NCBI GenBank assembly: GCA_001642005.1 | Contig: LWCA01000058.1 | Span: forward strand, 1,527-65,526 | Direction: 5' to 3' | Length of the DNA stretch: 64,000 bases | Source: Intoshia linei | Lineage: Eukaryota; Animalia; Orthonectida | Shown: one piece after another, positions 1 through 12,110 of the stretch | Numbering within the stretch: position 1 is the first letter of the stretch | Layout of the letters: each line of letters opens with the position of its first letter | Notes under the pieces: generated by a model | The model's input: the letters and a program-made list of their open reading frames with translations, nothing else | Databases searched by the model: none | Told to the model about the DNA's origin: nothing | Made by a program: the position numbers and the translations under genes

Positions 1-250
1 GTTTGTGTGCATGAAAATACATAAAACAATGAAAATGTTTATGGAACACAGAATAATTAACTAGTATGCAAAACAAAAGATTAAATGTTAAAAATTAACA
101 TAAAGACAAAAATTCTGGCTAGTCGTTCACTGTTTAATTGATAATTTCACTCTTTGTTGAAAAAATATTGAAAAATGCAAAATATAAATGAAAAATGAAA
201 CTTGATTAAACTCATAATTTGGGGGAAATTACAATTGATAATAAAATTAC

Positions 251-318
251 ACGCATTCATTAGGTATATTTTTGATATAAAGTGAAGAACAAGATCTTGG
301 ACCAGATCTGTACGGCAT
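251..318 (-). CDS. First coding exon of an RRM-containing SR-like splicing factor (SRSF10/12-like); the gene continues off the left edge
   Basis: Minus strand reads MPYRSGPRSCSSLYIKNIPNEC followed by a phase-2 GTAATT donor. LYIKNI is an RNP2 motif, and the N-terminus resembles SRSF10 (MSRYLRPPNTSLFVRNV). Head-to-head with eIF3a. Confidence 0.55.
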
Positions 319-495
319 TTTCGATAATGTAAAAAAAATTATATTCAATACAAACAGTTTATTGACAACCGATAAATTAAAATAAGTAGTTATGGAAATT
401 ATCATTATTTTTTGTAGCGATATTACATCTTGCGACACACATTTTTGCAATATTGAATAAAACTAATTTGAAATAATTAAAAATACAAATTTGTA

Positions 496-3400
496 ATGTC
501 TCACTTTCTACATCTGAAGCACGAGTCAATTTATAACAGAGCATGCGGTAAAGTTATTGAATTTATAAATATCAACAATTTTTAGAACTTATTGAAATTG
601 GCGATAAAGACCGAGCTCTCAATTTGCTATACGATTGTTTTCGTGTCAAAAAATACCGACTATGGAACAAAACTATGGAATCTATGGCTGATTTAACACT
701 TTCCCTATGTGTTGAAATGAGAAAAAGCTTATACGCTAAACAAACTTTACACCAATATAGATACCTTTCCCAAAATGCAAGTTTTTTTATTGTACAGTCT
801 TAATTGTATCATGATGGTTTTGATAAAATTTTGCATTTTATTGTTGAATTAAAATTAATCATCTTTTAGATTAGCACAAATACATTTGATAATGTCGCTA
901 TTAAATTTCTCAAGTTATGTGAAGATCGAGTTCACAATTTACACAATTCTTTTTTAAAAAAAATTAATGCTCAGTCCGCTAATGATATTGAATGTATCGA
1001 AACTCCAGAGAGGTTTAGTTTTATTTTTCAATGTCTAATTTTCTTTAGTTTATTGTCAAGTTATGATGATTCTCAAAAATTGACTGAAAGGTCTTGTCGC
1101 GATAATTATATGCCGTGGGCCAAATTTTTATGGGAAGCTTATCGAAATGTCTTGGAAAACATTAAAAATAACAAACATTACGAAAATTTATATTGTGAAA
1201 TTTGTGTGAGATGTAATTTTATGTTTATTTAAACTTTTATATTTAAATATTTGAGTATAAAATTTGGCAACAAACTTTTTATAATTCACCCGACCTTCTC
1301 AAGAGTCACTTTTTTTTTGAAAACTGAGTTTCGCTTGGTGTCGTCATTAAGAACGTCGGCTATATAGGTTTAATTCATTATTTATTTTGTATTTTAGCTC
1401 TCAAATATTGTTTGAAATATGGTCGAAAAACCGATTTTAAAAAACTTATTGATTACGTAATTTTGATTTAAATGTTTTATAATTTTAGAATTAGTTCCGA
1501 AATCATCTAAAGTACATTAGAAAGGCAGTTATTAAACCTTATTCTGTGAATATGAATATACCGGATACTCAACAATTGTTTATTGAAATTCGAAAGGAGA
1601 TGGTTAACACTTCTCTTCAAATGCATTTGTTTCAAGTAACTTTAATGAATTATTTTATATTGTAATTAAACACAACTTTCGCTTTATGTGATTATTAAGT
1701 ACCTTTAAAGCACCCCTCTATTGTTTTTGGTTGAAAAGAGATTGATATTTATTTTCAAGGTTTCAAATTTTAAGCTTTTTCTAGGGTTAACTTTATTTGA
1801 CGGTTTTATTAAACATTGATGGATTTTACAATCTGTAATGGAAAATTAATACCCTCAGTCTTTTAGTTTTAATGTTAATTTAGGATGCTTTCAAGAGTCT
1901 CGAAGAATTAAACTCAATTATTATCTCAATGCGAACTATACCTAAAGCTTCATTATTATCTAGTTACTTCAAATCTTTGTCAATTATTTTCTGGCAATCT
2001 GAGCATTATTTGTATTATGCTGCAACAATTAAAAAACTTTATCAATTATACTGTGAAAAAAGAAAATCGCCAACTCGAAATGAGGTTACCAGGTTCAATA
2101 TTATTTTGATTGTTTAATCAATTAAAAATTTAGATTATCCGTCTTACTTACTTGTTCAGCATTAATTATACCGCTAATTGAACAAGATATTTGTGTCGAT
2201 CAGTCTTTAACGTCCGAAGAATTGAGAGTAGCTAAATCGGAGAAATTGTCTGGTTTGCTCATATCAGGTGGAATTCCGACAAGAGAGTCTATTAAGAAAT
2301 ATATTGTAATTTTTAAAAGCCTTTTGATCGGTGGTTTCCGATTAAAATAGTGTGCAACCCCAAAATATTTATTTTTTAAAGTTTTTTTTCATAAGATTTA
2401 GTAAAATTGGATTTTTATTTTGGGGTTGGATTAAGAAGTTTTTTTGATAAGATTCGATAAAATAGTGTTTTTCATAAAAATATCGGTAAAAGTCGATTTT
2501 GCTCTGAGGGTTTAAAATTGTATTTTTTATAAAATGTTATTAATGATGGGATAAAAGTGAAATTTTTGAAATAATTTACCCGTCGTCTAAACTTTGAGAT
2601 AAATTATTAAGATCTGTCTATTTTGTAATAAATTTAAAAATTCTTTTATAAAAATAAACAAAAATTGATAAATTTTTTTTATATTTTATTTAAATTTCAC
2701 TGTCTCAAGAAAATAGTTTTGGACCCCAATCGAGAACCACTGCTTTAGGTGTATAAAATTCTGTTTGGGTTGTCTGTTCAGTTTATTTAAAAAACTAAGA
2801 AACCTTCAATTTAAAGAAATATTAACATTATTATTCGCACTTGATATCGAGAAATAATTATAACTTTAGAAATTTGCGCCTTCCCGGTTAAAACCGCATT
2901 TTATCATTGAATATTGCATATTTTTGAATTCATTGAAAAATGAGAAGATTATTATTTTTTATTGAAAATTAAATTTACTTCTTTCCATTTTACAAATATA
3001 TATTGTAAATAATTAATATATTAATTAATAAATAAAATAAATATATTGTATTTATTGTAACAATTCAGCTGACTTGTAAATTTTTGCATTATAATATGAG
3101 TTAATGTGTTACATTTTGAAATATAAATTATGCAAATTTATAACTTGTCATTTTAAGTGATATTTTGTTTAATTTTACGGGCATGAATTGAAAATTTATA
3201 CCGATATCTAATAGATAGATTTGTGTTTATTGTAATACAATGAACCAAAAAATTGAAACTAAATATAAACTTATTATCGTGGATATGGATATGAAACTAA
3301 TACCTAAAATCGGCCCATATGCATACCAGTTTCGGTATATTTACGTAATTTGATGATTCAAAATATAATAATACTTTCCAGATTAAAAAGTAAACGGTAA

Positions 3401-5537
3401 ATTTTTTTTTTCACCGTGAAGGTGTAACTTTGTAAGATGTTTAGTGGAAGTAGCCGTGATTTTCTTAATATTCTGTAACTTTATTCATTTTTCGAAATTA
3501 TGTGTGATATGTGTTTTACTGTGAAGATTGATTATTTATTTTAACTGCAACAATGTAGCAATATATGATAATACTCATGATTTAAAAACTTTTTCGGAAT
3601 TTTTTTTTTAAAAATAGGTCATTTTTGTAATTGATATTCTAATTTCTGCCGCAAAAAAACTGACAGTTAATTTTTGTTTTCAAAATTTCTGAGGCCAAGT
3701 TATATAAATAAACAGTTACATTTTTTAACCAACTTTTACTTTAATAGTTAAATTTTAATGAACATAATGGACCGTAGTTTAACGATATACTGATTGACAA
3801 ATTTTTAAAAATGTTTATTTTTCGATACTTTAGGATCGGTTAAATATACTGGATAATGTTCCAATCTGCTTAAAAAACACTTATTACGCTTTGGAATTGT
3901 CCAATAAACCTTTAAAAATGTTGGATAATGTTTCCGAAACATTGGAATATTTCGAAAAGAATAATGACGTCAAAAAATTTTTAGAACCTTTGATTGAGGT
4001 GATATGTATTCGACTTATACTTCAGGTAATTCACGAATGATTTGTTTATTTGAAACCTTAATTTAGCTATCAAATTTGTACGAAGTGTTTAGTTTCTCAA
4101 AATTATTTAAATTGTTGCCAAAGACTGTAGATAAGTTTTATTTGGAACGTATAATTATTATCATGAATCGTTCAAAATATGTACCGATAAGAATAAACCA
4201 CCAAGACGACACCATTATATTTAACCCTTCAAAAAGCTGCGATAATTCAATTGATTATAAATATTGTTCAAATGTAAAGGAGTCTGCAGTTTATCAGGCT
4301 GTAGCGAACATGTCTATTCAGTCTGAAAAAATTAAAGATATTTTGATTGACTTGAAAAGTGTAATTTTTGAGTGAAATTTTTTATATTTTCATTTTTGTA
4401 ACTAGAAAACAGATGATAATTGGATGCATGAATGGCACAATTACAGAATCGATTCTGAGAATAATAATTATAGTGAGAGATTGGAATTGCTCAAAAAAAC
4501 ATTTGAAGACACGACAAAGACCACGCTTACTAATAAATGTACAGTAAAAATTAAAACTTCAACAGTGGACACTAGTTTGCAAAATAAAATTAAACAAATG
4601 ACGAGTAATTTGACGAAATCTGAAAAAAAAGTGACATTTGATGAACCAATAGTAAATACCGTGTTAATGTATTATATATTTATTTAGGTTGAACCAGTAA
4701 TTTCCGTACTAGATGCTGCTCTAAGTAAAAAACGTAAAATAATGCAATCAATTATATTGATGGATAAAAAGGTAAATATTTATTTTAATTATATTTATGA
4801 ATAAATAGGTTTCTTATGCGACAAAAGCTAAATACAATGTTGATATTAAAATTTATATGGAAGTTATGGAGGCTCAGAAGGAAGCCTACAAGTTAGTGTG
4901 GGATCAAACAGAAAAGAAAATTATGAATAATTACGAAAAACTACTCGCCGAACGAAATACTATAGTGGCCAGATTAGTGCGTATGAGAGGACAGGGAAAC
5001 CAGTTTTTCGAACGTGTTCTCAACGACAGACGGCCTTTGTTTACTATTAATTTGGAGAAATACAACAAAGCAATGTATTTGGAAAAAGCAAATTATTTGG
5101 AAAAATGCAAAGCAGAATTTGTCAAACGAAAAATTGACGAAGCGGAACGAAAAGAGGAATTGAGAATTAAAAAAGAAAAATTAGAACAACAAGAAAAAGA
5201 AAGAATAGAAATGGAAATTAGAACAAATAAATTAGATTTGGCAGCCCTAAAGAGACGACAATTTGAAGAAGAATGTCAAAGAAAATACAATGATAAAATA
5301 CAAAATGTGACGAAAGCTATGTCACGACCCGATACTTATATGGGTCGAAAATCTGTCGACTATAATAGTCCATATAAATATACCTCTAGGAAAAGTGAAA
5401 ATTTTTCCAATAATCACAATTTTTCTAGAGGCTACAGTTCACAAATAAAAGACACCAATCAAAATGGAACAGCCAACAATCCCACCTCTGAAAATAATGC
5501 TTGGCTTCAAAAATCCTCATCAAAAAAAAAGAAATAA
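496..5537 (+). CDS. EIF3A: Eukaryotic translation initiation factor 3 subunit A, about 13 exons, about 890 aa
   Basis: Spliced translation gives ELIEIGDKDRALNLLYD..LCVEMRKSLYAKQTLHQY, ETPESLL, PWAKFLWEAYRNVLE and a charged coiled-coil C-terminus, all matching eIF3a. Introns include 548-585, 777-869 and 1013-1048. The last exon contains ORF 4857-5537. Confidence 0.93.
2329..2742. mobile_element. hAT-type MITE in an eIF3a intron
   Basis: TIRs CGGTGGTTTCCGATT / AATCGAGAACCACTG. Degenerate 8-bp TSD CTTTTGAT / CTTTAGGT. Confidence 0.65.
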
Positions 5538-5599
5538 TTTAATTGATTAATTATTGATTTTATTAAATTTTATTCTTATATTTGTTCATTAGCAGTTAT

Positions 5600-8500
5600 A
5601 TGAAAAACAGTGTTATTATATTTTTGGTAAATTTGATTTGGTGGGTAGTTAGCCAGAATAATCAAGTGTGCGATTTGTGTTTAATTGAAATCAATAACGG
5701 GGCATTTTCTTATGAAAGGCAAGGTAATATTATCAGTTTCGAAATACAATGCAGTTTGGGATTTGCCATGCATTTTGGAAATTTTGTTAGCAGATATAGT
5801 ATGTCTGAATGCAATTGTGATTCTGGGAGTTGGACTGTTAATCCGCATCACTGCCACGGTATTTTTAATTTTTATCTCCTGAAAAATTTAAATTTTAGAA
5901 ATTGTTTGCTCAAATTTTAATATTCCCAATACTATAAAATTAGTAAATCTCATGGAGTATAATACGGTAGAAATTGTTCATCCTCTTAAAGGGTACCAAT
6001 TTGTTACAGATCAAAACAAATTTATTGACCCGATTATATTGAGATGCGATGAAGATGAGAATTGGATAGGAGAATACTCACTTTCAGATATTTCAACGGA
6101 AAGTAAATTTTTTGTTATTAATTTATTATCATGATTCAATGGTTTCTGAAAAACTGCTAATTTATTTTTTTTATAAGTTAAGTACATTTATAAATTAACA
6201 TTACTATTTTTTTTTAAACAATAGGTATATAATTTGCAAAAAAATTAAAATATTTGATATTTTCGATTCGGATTTGTGAGTCAGATTACCCCTTGAGTAA
6301 ATTAACTTATTCTTATAAAAATCTTTATCTATACACAATTTTATAGGACGAGATTGCAAATTAATTGAAGATCATGAATTAAACGATCCACACGATACAA
6401 AATATTGTTACAAAGATGGGTATACTTACAAAAAATTGTACATGTATAACCAATTTGAAATACAATATAATTCTCTACAGTTCATTGAAAATGGTGAATC
6501 AGCTTATTTTAAATATGATGGAACGTTTGTTCCTTCTAAATGCATGACCGGATATGAGTTAATTACAAGTACTAACCCGCAAAAATGTGAAAGTAGCATA
6601 GAATTTAATTAAATCTGATAATTTTTATTTAGTTTTACGATGTGATAGTTTAATCAATGATAATTTTAATTCTTACAAAGCTGACGACAATATTATAGGA
6701 ACTGTCGCCATAGTTGAGTGCACATCTGAGTCATCTATAGAAGGAACTAATTTGACCAGAGGACAAGTTGTGTGCATGGAAAATGAAATCATAATTTCGT
6801 ATACGGGTTATTCTTTATTAGTTATAAATATAATACTAAAATGATGTTTGGTCTAAAAAAATTGAAAATGTTGTTATACGGTAGTACCTCTCAAACATAA
6901 TCACTTGGAGATTTTGAATTAATTACAAAACTTAATTATGATATTATGAGTATGAACATTATACCGTTAACTTTTTAATCGACTTTTAGAAATTGATTAA
7001 ATACATGACTGTGTAGTATGAGTAATATCCTATAAATCACTGAATTCATTGAACATAAACTTATAGTATAATTCATCATTATTAATGATACATGATTTTA
7101 AATAGTTTACAATCTTTCGACCGACAGACTATTAACTTAGACTTCTAAAATATTGACAAATTAAATTCCAACTCAATTATCATAATAAAAATAAAATTTT
7201 ACAAGTTTACGATTCATAAATCATATAAATTTCCAAGTATTAAATTTCATTATAATTTTTTATAATGTTTCCATTTTTGAGCAAGGTTTCCCAACCTGTT
7301 AGTTTCAAGTTCTCTTAAATGAATAAAAAATAAATGTTGTGTAATTCCTTTTTTAATTTGCTGTGTTCTCTTTTTAGATTTTAGGTATACCATACTCAAA
7401 AAAACAAAGTGGGACGGGCACACATGCAAAGGTAATTTAATTTAAATTTTATATGATACAGTTCAGAAATTATTTGCAATCATACGGAATTTCCAAAAAT
7501 TGAAAATGGAAATCTCGTTATCGATAGTGTAACAAAGTTTGGAAAAATTATTTGTTCTGAAGGATTTACATTATATAATGGAAAAAAAGAAATTCAAGTT
7601 CAATGTTTGGGTACTGGATGGGAATTGTTACTCGATGACTATTCTTGTTATCGTAATTTTTACAACATTATCCTTACTTATATAGTATGGTATGAAATAT
7701 TTGTTTGTGTGTGTAAGTTACCGTTTAATTCAATAACTACCAGTCTTAGAATTTTATAAAGTCCACATTTCAATTACATTTTTTTCGGGAGGGGGGNGGG
7801 GGGGGGGAGTGGGTGTTAACAAAATATATGTCAACCTCCCAAACTCACATCTTTACGGGTTTAAAAAGCCAAATTGTCCTTTTTTCTAAAAATCACATAT
7901 GAATTTCAGATTTGAATCGGACGATTTGGTATGTAAAGTTCCAACTACAATGTAATTGTATTACGATACGACTCAAATTTTTGTAAATTTGACAAATTTA
8001 TTTTAAATTAGTTATAATTAGACGTTTTATCGAGTTAAAAATATGCAAAATTAAGTTGTAAAAATAAGCTCATGTCCGAAATTCTGACTCAGAATTGCTA
8101 GGGCTCTCTAAAAAAATTCATAAAAAAAAATATAGATAATAATTTTTCAAAGTTGTCACAATAAACGTACCAAAAGAGGGTATCGGTATGCTAGGTTCGA
8201 CACTGATTAGAAATTATAATTAATAATTCCTGAATTTTAAAAAAAGGGATTAATTAATTTTTCAGTTTTTAATTGCTTTCTTGTCAGTAAATATATTAAC
8301 TAGATCAGTATTCATCGAAAAATGTAAGTAACTCAAAAAAAGTATATAGAAATAAATACATTTTATATAATAGTATTTTGTCAGTAAAAAAATTGAATCG
8401 TAAGTTTGATGATTTTGGAGTGTCAGTATAAAAATTCAAAATCTAGTTTTTGAAAATTTATTTTATAAAATATAACCTTTATATATCTCTCTCTTTTCTT

Positions 8501-10874
8501 TATTATTATCCTTGTGAGGTTAATAATTAGGTTAATCTTATGAAATACTTTATATAATAATATTATCCACTACAGACCAAAGTTAAAACTGAAATATTAA
8601 GATACCATATTATACCTACAAACCGAATTGAAATATTCGATTTGAAATTGAAAAAATTTGAAATATTCTATGGTGCTCACACCAGATAATATTTTAATAT
8701 GAGAACAAACTATGTCAATTATGCCAATTAATATGTTAATTTATTGTGTCAGTATTTTTTTTATTGATTTGTCATTATTTTTAACTATTTTTCAGTATTG
8801 TAGATGGTTTGTCAGTATTTTAGGTGCCTGTACTGACAAAATAATTTTTTTTACTGCCCTTCCAATTTAAATACTGACAATCAATTATTTATACTGACAC
8901 TTTATCAATTGGGACCTGGAATACTGATAAACCTTTTACAATACTGAAAAATCAATGTTTCTAGTGACAAACCATCACCAATACTGACAAATCAATAAGA
9001 AAAATACTGACACGATAAATGCACGCCTTTTAAATATATATCAGTTTTCTTAACATAACATAACATCAGAAATTTTTCCATTTGATTAATTTCAGAAAAA
9101 TTTCCTTCTCGAAAATTTGCATCTTACGGTAAGGCTTACCGATCAAAAACGTATTTTACTATTTTATGTAATTGTATAAAACTACTCTGTAATTGTCGAC
9201 GTTGCACTTTTTTTATCGATAATTCACAAATCTAGGTTTCAATCGCAAAATTGACCGCTTGGGTTGTTTATTATCAAAAAATTGGTCTACGGAATGTGGC
9301 CACTGGCCAGTAATTCCGAATTGTTATAAAGGGTCCGCGAAAAATTTTAATTTAAGTAAAATATCAAAGAATCACACTAAATCACGTGTGAGAATAATAT
9401 AGTAAACTTTTATTACTCAACTTGCTCATTTCAAAATTTGAAATGAGTGTGACTTTGAAATTGGAGTGGTATAAACCATTTGGATAACCCTTGATTTGAA
9501 ATTTGTTAAAAATAACTGGGAAAAGCGAATATTAAATTTTTTTATAATTATCATTTTAGAACTAATCTGTTCTTATCCCACTACAATATTTAATAGCAGA
9601 TATGTTAATATTGTCCGTTTGACGGTTGGATACAAATTAGAATATGAATGCATGCCAAATTATGTTTTTTATGTCAATGATGTGCTAGTTGAATTACCAC
9701 TTAAAAAATTTTACATTTCATGTGGAGAAAATTTAAAATGGTCCTCACATGAAGCATCATGTCAGTGTAATACAAAAAAAATATATTTATTTCAATTTAT
9801 TGTTAAATCATTGATGAAAATAAATAATTTAGTCAAGAAATGTCCGGTGATCAAAGCTATTCCAAATTCGTCATTAAATCGAGACATTTCAGAATATTTT
9901 GGAACAACAGTTACAATTAATTGCAATCAAAACCACGAAATAGCGCCAAAGGTAAATTTTGTAATTATAACATGCGGTGAGGATGGTCAATGGAATCATG
10001 ATAATGTCAATGGAATTGAATGTAAATGTAATTTTTCCATTTTTTCAATGTAATAAAATCTTAGCTGAAAAAAAATGCCTTCAGCCTGAAAAAATTGCAG
10101 ACACTACATTATCAACAACCAACACAACATTAAACGGGATTGCTGAATATAAGTGTAAAACCGATTTTCATTTTAACAAAAAAGTGTTTTCTTTGAAAAA
10201 AAAATGCAATGAAACGTACGATTGGGAACCCTTAGAAATAGAAAAGTACGATAAAATACCAAAATGCAAACGTAAATCAAAATATTAAATGATTATAATT
10301 AATAAAAAACTTAAATGTAGCCATTTATTGTCCTATAATCAAAACATGGTTAAACATTAAAGTAAATACAACAGATAGAAGTGTAAATACTGTGGTAAAC
10401 ATTACTTGTCGGAGAGGTTACCGATTTAAAAACTTTAAAGAAGATTATTTTATCAATACTTGCACCAAAGATTCGGATTGGAAGTTATTTAATGTAAGGT
10501 CTTGTGTACAAATCATTATAAACGAAGCGAGTAATTTATTCATTTAATGCTATTTGGATTCCAATGAAAAACTTAAAAATCAAAAGAAAAAAAATTCATC
10601 TGTGTGACAAAGCTGTTGAAATGCTATTGTAAAGTATCATTGGGGTCCATCATGTATATTTACATGATTAATTTATATTTTTATAGAAACAGAGGTAACA
10701 TCGAAAGAATACGCATCCCATGATATTTTCATGTACATTGTAAAATATTTCTCGATAGTTTTGGGAATTATTGTATTTGTCATTTTAATTTTCATTATAA
10801 TATGTAACATTGACAGAATTATGCTTTGTGGTAAATCAGCCAAGCCAGTACAATCGAAAAAAAATAAATTTTAA
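5600..10874 (+). CDS. Type I membrane protein with signal peptide, about 8 tandem Sushi/CCP modules, one TM helix and a short basic tail
   Basis: Signal peptide MKNSVIIFLVNLIWWVVS. Repeated C..C..C..W..C modules (e.g. CPVIKAIPNS..TVTINCNQNH..ITCGEDGQW..C), mostly one per exon with phase-1 introns. Last exon encodes YFSIVLGIIVFVILIFIIIC..KKNKF*. Confidence 0.85.
7671..7915 (+). mobile_element. 5' fragment of the non-autonomous Helitron family, in a Sushi gene intron
   Basis: Starts A|TCCTTACTTATATA..TTTGTTTGTGTGTG and is homologous to copies ending at 33056, 38706, 51409 and 63827. Confidence 0.7.
8739..9020. repeat. Foldback-like element: about 40-bp inverted ends enclosing phased ATACTGAC repeats
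   Basis: 8739-8778 is nearly the reverse complement of 8980-9020. The ATACTGACAA motif recurs at mostly 20-bp spacing in both orientations. Confidence 0.7.
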
Positions 10875-11136
10875 TAATTAAATCTTACATTTAAAATTTT
10901 TTAATAAAGTGTTCTCATAAAAATTTGACTGAAATATATTATTAAAATCCACTTGAAAACTTGGTCAAAAATCCTAAAAACACCTTCAAAGTAAAAAGTT
11001 TTACTAAATTGTGTGAGATTACATATGTGTAAATAGTGTAAATTTTTATATGATTTTGAGATATAAATGAAATCAAAAAACCGGGACATCAGTTTCTGAC
11101 ATTTAAAAGTTAAACAAGTTTCTATACTATTCTATA

Positions 11137-12110
11137 CAGTGCAAGGCAAGTCTTAGGTACCCTACACATTCTCTTTACAAATCACTATAAAGTAAATAAG
11201 GCGAATCTTGAACTTGAAATTAAACATAGACTAATTAAAGAATGATCTCACCAATATATAATTATGCTGATGTCATAAAATACCTATAAAAGATACATTT
11301 TAATACGGTTTTGTTTGCGATAGTAAAAATATTAACGACATAAGTCTTAGGCACCTTGATAATTTCAATTAAAATATATATTTTTAATTTATACATGATT
11401 AGACATGATTAGATTAGATTACAAGAAAAATCCTTGCTTGACAGTATTAAAGGTTAAAATACACTCCAGCATTTCAAAAAAGCCTAGTTTAAAGACGGTG
11501 CAACGTGTGTTATATAGATTTGGATTATATGGAAGAATTGCAAGTCGAAAACCGTTTCTTAAAAAATTTCACAGAACAAACCGTTTTAAAAGGTGTAAGT
11601 AAAAAGTGGCATGGACGAACCAATGGAAAAATATAAGCTTCACTGATGAAAGTTGATTTGAATTATTTACAATAGGAAGAGTATACGTTCGAAAACTTAA
11701 AAACTAAAATGCTTATCAACGTACATAAGTAGAAGTATTAAAAATACCCAGTCAAATATGATTTAGGTAGTATTAGAGAAAATGGAAAAACATCATAATT
11801 AAAGTGTATAGGAGAATACCAGAGTATCCTTAGAAAAGCAAACGAATAACATTTTTGGATGGATTGAAGAAACATCAATATTGTGAACCGTGTCAAACAG
11901 AAAATACAACCCGTCCATTTAAAAGGGGTAATTGTATAAAAAAATTAAAAGATTAACCGGTACAAAGTCCAGATTTAAACATTATTGAAGGCATGTGAAA
12001 AATTTGAAAGATACGGTATATAAGCTACATCAGTAAACATAGAAGAACTATAGAGATATATGCACGACGAATGGGACGCGTACCTCTAAAACCTATTTAA
12101 GGGTGGTATG
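11137..12110 (+). mobile_element. Degenerate Tc1-family transposon (transposase pseudogene)
   Basis: TA|CAGTGCAAGGCAAGTCTTAGG left end with an internal repeat AAGTCTTAGG at about 11342. Peptides KTVQRVLYRFGLYGRIASRKPFL, WKNISFTDES and QSPDLNIIE are interrupted by stops and frameshifts. Confidence 0.85.

Noticed and set aside
8831-9013. CRISPR-like repeat/spacer appearance
   Set aside because: Repeats and spacers are only about 10 bp, occur in both orientations, sit in a eukaryotic intron, and there are no cas genes.
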